From Carcharhinus longimanus (lineage: Eukaryota), in NCBI GenBank assembly GCA_030264375.1, contig JASCQW010000043.1:50254032-50317919 (forward strand): DNA of 63,888 nt, in the 5' to 3' direction. Both the position numbers and the translations under genes were made by a program. Below the pieces are notes generated by a model. The model ran no database searches and was not told the DNA's origin. It saw nothing but the letters and a program-made list of their open reading frames with translations. Shown in pieces: positions 1 to 11,379 of the stretch (its first letter is position 1; every line of letters starts with the position of its first letter).

Positions 1-74
1 CCCGAGCCGGGAATCGAACGCAGATCCCTGGAGCTATGAAGCAGCAGTGCTAACCACTGTGCTACCATGCCACC
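1..74 (-). mobile_element. HE1/V-SINE-like SINE, tRNA-derived head (partial)
   Basis: Reverse complement reads gtggcatggtagcacagtggttagcactgctgc...gttcgattccc, with A-box and B-box-like motifs. Same head as the other copies in the window. Confidence 0.85.
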
Positions 75-899
75 CATCTCACACCTCGTTGTGGAAAGGA
101 GGGTTACATGATTCAAATGACTATTTTGAAATTTCTATATGCCATTGGGAACTGAGAAACAGTCAGTCTTCTTTTTTAAACACACAACTGGTGAGCCACT
201 AAGTAGATCCCTGCAGGCAAAACAACATCTTGCTCATCAATGCTGTCTCTGCTGGAAGCTTTTGTACCATCGTTTACAAACTGTCCTGGTCTCTGAGTAT
301 CTATTTCATCTTGCAGTATCAGGGCCAACTCAAAAGTAAATATTACAACTCCAGTTTAACTTGAATGCCTATATGAAAGAATTCCCCAATGGATTCTGAC
401 TTTGGAGTCTGGAAATCACAGACCTAATATTTATTTCTATGGTTCTTGCATTGTAAAACTCCTTTCCGCTAGCCCCCTAATTTACTATGTGTGTGCGTGG
501 AGTGGAAATTTGCAAACATTGCACCCTGGGGCCTTGAATGTGGAATACAGTTAAGACCTCATTTGTGACCACTCGCTTGTGAATTTGTTTATCCACACGA
601 GTATGTAAGCCAAATTGCAGGACACTGTGATTTAGACTCTCATATTAAACAGCTACACTCTCACCTTTCTCACATAAAAAGTTACATGCAGTCTTGCAAG
701 TGTGAGTTTACCGTTCGTGATTTTACCCATTGCATAATTTTGCGGGAACGGAAGCTCTATGAACAATAAGAGTTGACTGTAAACTTAACCTTCTGAGTTA
801 ATGTTAACTTGAGTTTGCTGCAGATTACAACTCAATTGGATTATAAATCCGAGGAATCGGAAAAAACACGCCACTGCATATTTTAAAAAACTTCAAAAC

Positions 900-2560
900 A
901 CCTTCTGGTCACAGACAAGGGGCAAGAGTAAAATAGGTAGAGTTTGCCAATCTCTTTCCTACCCTTAACAGGATAGATAGGAATAGTAAATATGTAATTC
1001 AGGCATTATCACATTCCCCTCGAGTGTCCATGATGCCAAATATGAAGCACAGATGCACAATATTCTCTGTTTGATTTTGGATACTGAGCAATTCCTAAAA
1101 ACAAGGACCAGAATTTTAACGCCCTGCCCGCCCCAGGATTTGGAGTAGGCGAGGGCAGACAATGGAAACCTTGGGCAGGATTTTACGCTTTTGGGATGAG
1201 TGACGACATAAAATCCCATTCAAGATTTCCATCAATTCCCCCAACGAACACAGGTAAATGTGCATGCAATTTGCATCCACAGATCATAGGTACATCAGCA
1301 GCATCATTTACATTTCCAAATTATATTAAATATCAAATGTTCAAATGCTAAATGGCTGCTAAATAAATATGGAAAACATATCATTGCAAAAAATTAAGAG
1401 TTGGCACCAGTGGATCTTTCAGAGTTGAAACCAGCAATACCTCACAAAAGAACATTCCTACATCCAGCTGTTTGCAATGAGTTCACTTTAATCTTAGACT
1501 ATGATTCTGAAATGATAGGGTGCATTGAGAGGATGGACTACTGATAGAATTTAAAGTCCAACAGTTCTTTTTTGCTTTTATATTCTTTGAAGCTATCTTT
1601 CAGAAGTTGAAGATATTGCTTTTCTGGAATTGACAGCTTGAGTGAGGGATGAAAACCAGACTGCGCATTCTACAATTACAAGTTATCTCACAAGAACAGG
1701 CACTACAGTATTTCAATCTTCAGTGCCTGCTTGAAGGGTGATCTTGTAAAGAAAAACTCAAGACTTATAAATAGTTAGTGAAATCCGGTCCCATCATTCA
1801 AAGGATTTTAAATGTTTCAAGCAATCTCGTTCCTTTCCAAAACAAAAGCAAATGCAAAGAACTGGATGGCGAGATAAATCTCTAAAATCTTGAATGAGAC
1901 TTTACCCCAGAAACGTGTAGACTAAGTGTAGACACAGAGCATATTTGAAATGCTTTTCTACTATAGACACAATGCAATCCTTTGTCTAAGCATTGGAAAT
2001 GTTGTCACCAGATGTTTAACCAGCAATTCTATTTCTTTGAGATCCAGATAAAAGATTCTGTTAATTGGTACAGTTTCAGTCTCTTCACCAGGGAATGATG
2101 TGGGAAGGAGATATGGAAGGAGCATTTTAAGTAGAAATTAATTTTGATCAATTATAATTGACATACCGAGGTTGTGCCAAAGATTTTCATACTTCATTTT
2201 AAGTCACTGAAAAGGATTTTTGAAAGTAGTCGTGGAAACTTGAGACAGAATTATAAATTTGGAAATTTTTATGAAGTATGGCATGGCAAATAACATTGAA
2301 GAATTGATCATAGACACATTCACATATTTATGGTCAATATAGTATTGTACACAGAGTATAGATCAACAATGAAAAATACCTTATTTAAATAAGTTTCAAC
2401 TTAAGAATTATTATTTAAATAAGTTTCAATTTAAGAATTACAGGACTGTGTTTGCAAAACCTTTTTGGAAATGCAGTATTACTGAGTATCATTGAGCAAG
2501 TTATTGGTAAACAGATTGTGTTTGATACCAATGCCAATGACATCTTCAATGCCCGGTTGC
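900..2560 (+). mobile_element. Highly decayed L1-clade LINE ORF2 (RT to C-terminus)
   Basis: Broken translations resemble fish L1 motifs in the expected order: VEFANLFPTLN...KYVIQALSHSP (~940-1020), LLNKYGK (~1355), FDQL (~2142), PFW...IEQVIGKQIVFD (~2460-2525). Many stops and frameshifts. Confidence 0.5.
2381..2440. repeat. 30-bp tandem duplication
   Basis: ttatttaaataagtttcaa[c/t]ttaagaatta twice, one mismatch. Confidence 0.9.
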
Positions 2561-2634
2561 TGATTACAAGTAGACAGAGGGTGGTAATTGGCTGGATTGG
2601 ATTTTCCTGCTCTTTCTGGGCAATCTCAGACTCC

Positions 2635-2932
2635 CCAAAGGTAGTGGAGTCTAAAACTAGAGGGCATAGGTTTAAGATGAGAGGGGAGAGATACAAAAGT
2701 GTCCAGAGGGNNNNNNNNNNNNNNNNNNNNNNNNNNNNNNNNNNNNNNNNNNNNNNNNNNNNNNNNNNNNNNNNAAAGCATTTAGATAGTTACATGGGTA
2801 AGATGGGTATAGAGGGATATGGGCCAAATGTGGGCAATTGGGATTAGTTTAAGGGTTTTAAAAAAAGGGTGGAATGGACAAGTTGGGCTGAAGGTCCTGT
2901 TTCCATGCTGTAAACCTCTATGATTCTATGAC
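2635..2932 (+). mobile_element. CR1-type LINE 3' end
   Basis: SKTRGHRFKMRG...HLDSYM translation and the tail gggctgaaggtcctgtttccatgctgtaaacctctatgattctatga. Confidence 0.85.
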
Positions 2933-3237
2933 TTACCTGGGCAATATTATACTTCAGCAGGTGGATGTCTGTATTGTTGCTGTAGTGGAACAGCTTGGCG
3001 AGGAGTACTGCTGGTCCTGGAGATTTCAGTGCTCAGAAGACCTCAAGAGGAGGTTGGATTAGGGCCCAAAAGAAGGGGTTGTGGGCGGTGCAAAACACTG
3101 GGACCTGAGAATTAGAGGGGGTTTAAATGGTGTTTTAAATGGATTTCTCAAATCATCCACACTGGATGATCTGGACAACCAGAACTGTAGACTTAAAGGA
3201 CCGGCTTTCAAAAAAAACAAAACAGTCAGGCTGACAC

Positions 3238-3524
3238 GGGCAGCACGGCGGCACAGTGGTTAGCACTGCTGCCTCACAGTGCCAGGGACCCAGGTTTGAT
3301 TCCCGATTTGGATCACTGTCTGTGTGGAGTTTGTACGTTCTCCCCATGTCTGTGTGGGTTTCCTCCGGGTGCTCTGGTTTCCTCCCCCTGTCTGAAAGAC
3401 GTGCTGGTTAGGTGCATTGACCCCAACAGACGCTGAAGTGTGATGACTAAGGAAATTTCACAGTAACTTCATTGCAGTGTTAATGTAAGCCTTACTTGTG
3501 ATTAATAAATTAATAAACTTTAAA
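3238..3524 (+). mobile_element. V-SINE/HE1-like SINE with alternative tail
   Basis: tRNA-like head, central gtctgtgtggagtttg...gggtttcctccgggtgctc domain, tail ttcacagtaacttcattgcagtgttaatgtaagcc...aataaa. Confidence 0.85.
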
Positions 3525-3571
3525 CAGTTGCAATTTTTAAAAAGTCAGTCAGAAATGTTAGTGCCATTGAG

Positions 3572-3688
3572 TTGTTGTGCTGCTGCTTCTGACCTTCAGA
3601 TAGCTTTGTGGTTCTGAGTTATTTTTCTGAAAAACCTACTAGAAAATCCAGAAGCTGTCTGAAGGTCAGCAGCAGCACTGCAGCAACA
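3572..3688. repeat. Inverted repeat / hairpin
   Basis: gtgctgctgcttctgaccttcagatagctt pairs with aagctgtctgaaggtcagcagcagcac across a spacer of about 45 nt. Confidence 0.8.
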
Positions 3689-4691
3689 GTCACAAGAGTG
3701 CTCTCAGTTTAAAAATAGTGAGTGAAATCTCTGTAATTTTACAACCAATTGGATGCTGCGCATGAGTTGGGGGAGGAAGGGAAGGTTGTGTTGAAGAGAG
3801 GTTGTGGGGGAGGGGAGGGGGCGTTGAGAATGGGCAGGTTGAGGATGGGAGTGTCATGTGCCCTGACAGAAGAAAGTCTTCTCCTTCTACAGAATGGAAA
3901 AGATCTTGTGCAGTTTATTTGGGTTGCAAGTACTGAATTTTTACCCAAGTATGAATTTATTGTCGCTATGTCTATATGATGCAATCGGCAGAACATGTCA
4001 ATGAGGGCTGAGACAATCATGGATCAATATTATCATCTGGACAGTGTTATAAATAATTAAAGGGGTATTTTCCTGTCAAATTAGCAATATTGCAACATGC
4101 TGTTAAAGTAAAATTTGTACTCTCAGTTTTGTTTAATAGTTATAGTGGGTTCACATGTATAGAGTGTTGCTGCTGCTCTGAATATTAGTGACCCACTCTG
4201 CGTTTATACCGGACAATATTTGTAACCAGCTGGCAACAACAGGCGTTAGCATTTTACTGGGTACTTTCTGTGATTGCTGAATTGATTGGTGAATCTGAAA
4301 GGGGGAAAAATATTATGCATGATCAAACGGGGAGGGTTAAAGTGGAGGTGGGGGTGGAATAAGGGATCTGGAAACAGGAGAAGTACCAGAGCCTATGATT
4401 TTTCTCCCTTGCCAGGATGGTCATCCAAGTGACACTTCTGGCCATGTATCATGATGAGGCTATTTGTTCTTGCAACAGGCCTGCTTATTTCAACATCATC
4501 ATAGCATCCCCTATAAAGAATATGATGCAATGTTCACCTATTGTTGCTAGGCGAATAATGAGTAACAACAACCCGGCAGTTCTTNNNNNNNNNNNNNNNN
4601 NNNNNNNNNNNNTGATGATATTGACTGTCATAGGACTGGTGATAAAAGCGAAAATGATCCCCTACGTCTTTCATGGGTGCAAGTAGAAATC

Positions 4692-4697
4692 TTTATT
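4692..4697 (-). terminator. Candidate poly(A) signal AATAAA for NUDT12
   Basis: tttatt on the plus strand, about 520 nt after the stop codon. It is the nearest canonical hexamer I noticed; usage is not demonstrated. Confidence 0.4.
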
Positions 4698-5217
4698 GCA
4701 TATTTCTCTGCAGGGCTGAATTAAGACTTATTTCTAACTTGTAAGAGATCAACACCTTTAAGCTGTTTTGTTATGATCTCGTACTTCAAGCAAAACAGTT
4801 TTGAAAATAGAAGAGGTGCAAAGCTCTGACAACTGTAAAGAAACACATCCAGATGTCTGGGAAAGGTGTCAAAAATTTCTGGCGGGCTTTGGAAAGCTGC
4901 TCTGAGTTGAGAACAGTGCAAATCACCCTCACATCATTAGGAGTAGCAAATCATAAATTTCCAAATCAAAGTCACTTTGAATTAATGTTGCAAGTTTGTC
5001 AGCAAATCCTACACTAATTTTAAATGTACAAATGAACAAGTGTTCAAGAGAATTATTTTGAAAGGTTAGCGAGTGCTCATTTCAGAATTACTCTTCAGAC
5101 TAGCATTTCAATCATGATCTTTTATCGGTAAGTTTGCTGTGATCTTCTCACCAGGATTGACAGATCGGTTGATTTGTAATGATAGGTCAACAAGATAATG
5201 TCATCACAGTGGTGAAT

Positions 5218-5328
5218 TCAGAGATTTGCATTCTTTTTAAGCCACCTTTTAATTAGTCTATGTGCAATAGTTTGTGGTGGTGGGATGCTGACTGGATGAT
5301 CACCATATTGTGTCAGGATTCCAGTGAT
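5218..5328 (-). CDS. NUDT12: NUDT12 last coding exon (too short for the ORF track)
   Basis: Pyrimidine tract and tacag| acceptor at 5329-5330, phase 0. Encodes ITGILTQYGDHPVSIPPPQTIAHRLIKRWLKKNANL-TGA, which aligns with the vertebrate C-terminus VPPSRAIAHQLIKHW...NPNL. Confidence 0.92.
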   Translation of the reverse strand: MTGILTQYGDHPVSIPPPQTIAHRLIKRWLKKNANL

Positions 5329-5524
5329 CTGTAATATCAACAAACAAAAGAAAACACTTTAGTTTTTAAAATGAATTAATTTCCTCCTAAAAAATTCACT
5401 TGATTTTCAGATAACAACTTGAATATTTAATAGCTCTAACTGCATCAATTTAATTTTTAACAACTGAAGCTGCTTTGCAATTTCATTCTGTACTGTAAGA
5501 AGTACCGTAAGAAGCACTGCTTCT

Positions 5525-5645
5525 TCCTCAGATGAGTCAGCGTTCCGAAAACTCGCGATTCCAAATAAACCTGTTGGACTTTAACCTGGTGTTGTGAGGC
5601 TTCTTACTGTGCCCATCCAGTCCAACACCAGCACCTCCGCATCAT
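5525..5645 (+). mobile_element. Penelope-like terminal repeat fragment
   Basis: cgaaaactcgcgattccaaataaacctgttggactttaacctggtgttgtgagg is homologous to both arms at 5769-5997 and to 39366-39425. Confidence 0.65.
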
Positions 5646-5768
5646 TTTGTATCTGCTGTGGTTTCGTCCATTTTTGCAACAAGCAAGGCTGATCTCAACA
5701 GTTTAATCACACAGTTTACTTGAGATAAGGATTTCTGTCAACTTCAAAGGAAAACAGTCAATTAGTAA

Positions 5769-5997
5769 TGATGTGGAGATGCGAGTGTTGGACTGGGATG
5801 GACAAGATGAGAGGTCACACGATACCAGGTTAGAGTCCAACAGGTTTATTTGAAATCATCGAACTTTCAGAGCGCTGCTCCTTCATCAGGTGAAGTGTTT
5901 TGTTATGATCATCTGACAAAGGAGCAGCGCTCTGAAAACTTGTGATTTCAGAAAAACCTGTTGGACTATAAGTAGGTGTCATGTGTCCTCTCATCTT
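5769..5997. mobile_element. Palindromic Penelope-like insertion with hammerhead-like cores and target-site duplication
   Basis: Inverted arms at 5801-5889 and 5913-6000. Direct repeat gtcaattagtaa at 5757-5768 and 5998-6009. CTGATGA-stem-GAAA at 5889-5865 on the minus strand. Confidence 0.75.
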
Positions 5998-6099
5998 GTC
6001 AATTAGTAAGGCTGTGTCACAATTAGAATTTAAGCTCTGCTCTGCAACTAAGTCAAGAAAACAGCAAACTAATTTGTGTTTACATAAAGTAGGAAACAA

Positions 6100-8400
6100 A
6101 ATAGGAGCAGAAATTATGGTCTGAAATTGTTGAACTCAGTGTTGAATCCAGGAGGCTGTAAACTGCCTATTGAAATATGAGATGCTGGTCCTCAATTTTA
6201 AGTTGAGCTGCAGTGGCACAATGTAGCAGGCCAAGGACAGAAAGGTCAGCATGAGAACAAGGTAGAGAGTTAAAATGGCAGGTGGCTGGACACAGGCTGA
6301 ATTGACGTGTTCTGGAAAGCAGTCACACAGTTTACATTTGGTCTCCCTGACAGCAGACAGCATTGTGTACAGTGAATATAGTACACTAAATTGAAAGAGG
6401 TAAATGTAAATTACTGAAGGAATTTTTTGGGGCCTTGGATGGTGAAGAGAGAGGAGGGGAAGTGTTTCATCTCTTGAGCTTGCATGGGGAGATGCCATGA
6501 GAAGGGGATGGGCTGCTGGAGCTAATTGAGGATTGGGCCAGGTGTCATGGAGGGAAAAGTCCCTCGGAATGCTGAGAGAGGAAAATGTTTTTGGTAGTGG
6601 CAGCACACTATAGATAACGGAAATGGTAGAAGGTGATCCGTTGAATTTGGAGGCTGGTGGAATGGAATTTGAGAATAAGGGCAACCCTATCATGGTTTCG
6701 GGAGGGAGGGGAAAAGATGAGAGCAGGTTGTATGGCTGTAGTTGTGGTTCCTGTTAACCACAGTGGAGTGAAATCCTCAGTTGAGGAAAAAGGACAAGGT
6801 ATTGGAATTTTCTGTTTGTCTGGATGATCATTGCAGAGAAGCTAGCAGAATGAAATAGTGTCCTTATAAGTAGCAGGGTGTAATCAAGATAGCTGTGCAA
6901 GTCAGTGGACATATGGTGAATACTTATTGATACCCTATCCCCATAAATGGAGACAGAGGATGGAATGTTATTGGTGTGGGGAAGTCTCCCTTTCCAGATC
7001 TAGAGCCAATGAAAGACCTGTGCTGCTTCTTTCCGGGAAGTTTCACCAAACCACACACCACTCAACAATGGTGAGGCCAGTGGCAGGCCTTTCACAGGAA
7101 TCAACACTCAGAGTGTAAGCCCTACCTGCAGTCAGAAGAACATGCAGCCCAAGTGCCAGGGATGCAGAGGACCTAGGCTACAATCCAATAATATGGGTGC
7201 AGATAGCGGGGTTTGCATAGAAAGGGAATGGGAGGAGAGGAGTGTATCACAGCAAGGGCAGGGGGGTGGCTCTCAATGGGACACCCCTTCCTGATGCTCA
7301 GTTCCTCAACCAACCACAGAGTGCCTTTGATCAATGGACTCCCCCCTCCTCCCCCCAACTCATGACAAGTGGCACGCACAGGTTTACCTGTCCTCCGTGC
7401 CATTTGACAACAGGCCCATTTACAGCTGGGATGAACCCAGTGGCAGCAGGATGATGCCTTTAAGTGTTCACTTCAATTGGCAGCAGGGCAGGAAGGTCGA
7501 TCTGGGCCTTTCATCCCAGAACGTAATTCTGGTGGGAGTGGGGTTCGGCTATGCCACCAACCTGCTAAAGTAAATGCCCTTCCCACCTCCAAGCTCACTA
7601 TCAGTGAGAACAGAGGATTCTTCCCAGGGAAGTCAAGGAAGGGAAGGAAAGAGTTGGAGATGGACCATGGGAAGGTGAGAGGAGGGTGGAAGCTGGAAGC
7701 AAAGTTGATGAAATTTTGCAGGATACTTTCTGGTACTTGCTGACTGTGAGGGAGGGAGCCCCATCAGGACTAGAATAAGAAATGCTTTGCATATCCCACC
7801 ATAAGACAGGCATAGATAAGACCTAGGTGGCTATTCATAGCAACATCTTTTGCTTGGAGGGTGAGTAGAGGTGAAGGAGAAGTTGTTAATGCGAGAACAA
7901 GTTCAGCCAGACATAGGACACTGATAGTGGATAGAAAATGATTGGGCCTCCATTCAAATGACGAAGTGGAGATGCAGCGGTCTGTTCTGGTAGGAGGTGT
8001 AGAAAGATTGGAAATTCGTGGTGAAGAGGATGATTTGGGCCAGGAAATTGGAAACTGTTTAAGGGCATCAGAAGAGTCATGGATGTAGGGAGGAAGACAC
8101 CGGACAGGGGGAGAAATCAGTTCAATGGGGCATGAATAGATTGAAACGACAGGTCTACCAGGGCAGTCCTGTTTGTGCACCTTGGAAAGGAGATAGACAT
8201 GAGCTGTTTGGAGTATGGGCGGCGGGGTGGTATATGAGATTGAAGGCTGAGGGGTGTGGGGGTGGTGGGGAGATTTTCAGCAGAGATGAGGTTAGTGACA
8301 GCCCAAGAAACAATGGCTTAATATTCAGTAATTGGGTCACAGTTCAGAAAGTGTAAGAGGAAGTGATGGATAGTTGGCATTCAGCTTCTGTCAGTTTACC
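6100..8400 (-). mobile_element. Decayed Penelope-like retroelement (RT + GIY-YIG), interrupted at ~6960-7630
   Basis: ORF 7770-8180 has HKQDCPGRPVVS..CPIELIS..LPPYIHDSSDALK..LCLAELVL..YACLMVGY, which are PLE RT motifs. The 3' end near 6130-6200 is similar to the GLN.EFNNF ends at 9410 and 40880. Confidence 0.75.
6960..7630. mobile_element. Non-autonomous DNA-transposon-like insertion nested in the Penelope element
   Basis: GC-richer segment splits otherwise continuous PLE-like sequence (…atggagacagag / aagtcaaggaagggaagg…). It shares motifs with 18865-19360 and 36000-36590. Confidence 0.45.
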
Positions 8401-8644
8401 AGGTTTAACAGGTTTGATGATAATGCTAGGGTTGATCCTGAGAACAGGATCTCAGGATCCTGTGCAACAAGTGCAACAAGTTCAATTTGGCATACCTATT
8501 CACTGTTCACAATGCATCATAACTGTACTGCGCTGTAATGTTCTATGTTCCGATGTCTTATGTTCTGCAAAGCAGTCATTCAGTCTGCACTTGGTCTCCC
8601 CACACAGACTCCCCATTCAATAAAATCATGACTAATGATAATCC

Positions 8645-9090
8645 TCAACTCCATTTTCCCATTTTATCCCCATAATCCTTGATTCTCTCACTGATTACAA
8701 ATCTGTCTATCTCAGCCTTGAATATACTTAATAACCTAGCCTCTGTGGCCCTCTGTGGTATACGATTCCACAGATTCACTACCCTCTGAGAGAAGAAATT
8801 TCTCATCTCCGGGTGACTCCTTAAGCTGAGATTATGCCCCTCGGTCCTGGACTGTCTCACAAGAGGAAACATTCACTCAGCATCCCCCCTGACAATCCTA
8901 TTTGTCTCAATAAGGTCACCTCTCATTCTTCTAAACTCTAATAAATATACATCGAACCTACTCAACCTCTCCTCCTAAGAAAATTCCCCCCCATATCAGT
9001 GATTAACCAAGTAAATCTTCTCTGGACTGCCTCCAATGTTAACATATCTTTCCTTAGATAAGGATAACAAACCGTTCACAGTATTCCAGG
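8645..9090 (-). mobile_element. CR1-type LINE 3' fragment
   Basis: MFPLVRQSRTEGHNL...RNFFSQRVVNLWN..PQRATEA..LSIFKAEIDRF is a typical CR1 ORF2 C-terminus. Confidence 0.88.
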
Positions 9091-9700
9091 AACACCTTCA
9101 TTTGGTCAACTAAGCTTCCAACCACTTATTATGATAATTCTCTGCTTTGCTCTGATACTGATCTGTCTGTTCATGGCCTCCTGCAGTGTTCCAATGAAGC
9201 TCAATCAAGGTTATCTAAAAAGGAAGAATGTGCAAGGCTATGAGGAAAAGGCAGGGGAGCGACACAAGGTGAATGGCTCCTTCAGAGAGCCAGCACCATC
9301 ATGACAGGCAGAATGGTCTCCTTTTGTGCTGTAACCATTCTGTGATTCTTTGATTCAATGTAAGCTTGAGGAACAACACATCACCTTTTAATTCAATACT
9401 TTACCATCTTCAGGGCTCAACAGTGAGTTGAACAATTTCAGATCATAACCTCTTCCTTCATTTGTTTCTTATTTCTCTTTGATTTTAGTTTAGTATATCT
9501 CTCATGTCTGCTTTTGGAGCAGCTATTTCAGACTGCCATTCACACCTCCTCTGAACACAACTTGTTTCTTTACTTGTCCCAGTGTCTCTCTAGTGGTGTA
9601 CTTACCACCCCTCCCCCGCACCCCACCCCAACATTTCACTTGCTTTATATTTCTAATGCTTTCCAGTGTTGAAGAAAGATCACAGAACTGAAACATTGGC
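9090..9700 (+). mobile_element. Penelope-like 3' fragment with embedded CR1 tail (~9210-9355)
   Basis: KLEEQHITF*FNTLPSSGLNSELNNF at 9362-9440, followed by a degenerate hammerhead-like gaagaaagatcacagaactgaaac near 9670. Confidence 0.6.
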
Positions 9701-10327
9701 AAGGAACTTACAGCCTCACTGAAGTGTCTCTCTTCTGGGCAGATTTGGCAAATCATTTACATTGCAGTTTACTTTGGTCAGACCATGATGTTCCACTGGG
9801 CAGGTGCGGCTGTGGAATACTGGTCATTAATTTTCTTTTCCATCAATGGTGCCCAACCTGCTGAGTATTTCCAGCATCTTCTGTTTAACAATTAGCCCTT
9901 ATACTGCTGACAGAGTTAGTAAAATTCAACTGCTCATTTTCGTTTAGCTGATAAGCCCAGGAATGGAAAATTAACCTGATCCAATTTGCAATGTTGAAAG
10001 AGGAAAAGGTCTCCTCAAGCTTGAAACCCAACCCACCTTTCAACAGGTAAACTGGTCAGGGGCACTTTTGAGTTAACACAAGTCATTTGCGGCTATGAGT
10101 GGGCTGAATCCAGCACATTCAAGACTCTGTCAAGTTACACCAATTGACCTATAATTTAATTGGTTTGCCTTAAGCTTGAGAAGAAATGTTAGATATCTTT
10201 ATCTCTACTGAAGTCCCACTCCAGATTATCCACTTACCTCGTGACATTTAAGGGTGAAAGGGTCAGTGTGCACAGGTTGTGGAAAAGGTTGGTTTGATAG
10301 ACTAATTTATACTTTCTCAGATCATTA

Positions 10328-10624
<297 letters not shown>

Positions 10625-10694
10625 TCATAAAGATATCACAAAGCTTGCCATTTTCCCAGTTATTCCCCTATTAATATTCAGTTTGACAAATCAA

Positions 10695-11134
10695 AAGATC
10701 ACAGAATTGTTACAGCGCAGAAGGAGGCCATTCAGCCCATCATGTCTGCACCAGCTCTCCAAATGAGCATTATGATGTTAGTACTGTTCTCATGCTTTTT
10801 CCCAGCATCCTTTAAAATGGTTTCTATTCAAATAATCATCTTGAATGCCTTGACTCAACCGGCCTTCACCACACTTCCAGGCAGGGCATTCCAGTCCTGA
10901 ACCACACGCTGTGTGAAGTTTTCTCTCATATCACATTTTCTTCTTTTGCAAATCACTCTAAATCCATGTCCTGTCTTTCTTCATCCTTTTCTGAGGGGGA
11001 ACAGTTTCTCTCAAACTACTCTGTCCAACTCATTCATAATTTTGAACATCTCTATCAAATCTCCTCTTAATCTTCTTCCATCCAAGAGAACGTTCCCAAT
11101 CTCTCCAATTTATCCTCAAGTGAAGTTTTGCATC
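10695..11134 (-). mobile_element. CR1-type LINE 3' fragment
   Basis: Tail cacagaattgttacagcgcagaaggaggccattcagcccatc and EDKLERLGTFS-like translation. Confidence 0.75.
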
Positions 11135-11379
11135 NNNNNNNNNNNNNNNNNNNNNNNNNNNNNNNNNNNNNNNNNNNNNNNNNNNNNNNNNNNNNNNNNN
11201 NNNNNNNNNNNNNNNNNNNNNNNNNNNNNNNNNNNNNNNNNNNNNNNNNNNNNNCTTCTTGCAAGCTGTGCCCAGCATACCTTCTAATTCTATCTTTTAC
11301 TCTCGTTCTATGCTTCTAAAAAATCATTCTAACTCTTTTAAACTCTCTAACAATGTTTTAATTCAAGTTCTTGCAGATT

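Noticed and set aside
3238-3315. tRNA-like A/B boxes here and in other copies
   Set aside because: These are SINE heads followed by SINE bodies. No full cloverleaf is evident, so they are not called tRNA genes.
4201-4300. Minus-strand cccctttcag acceptor as an alternative last exon
   Set aside because: The downstream translation has no NUDT12 similarity and stops early. The exon at 5218-5328 fits the known C-terminus.
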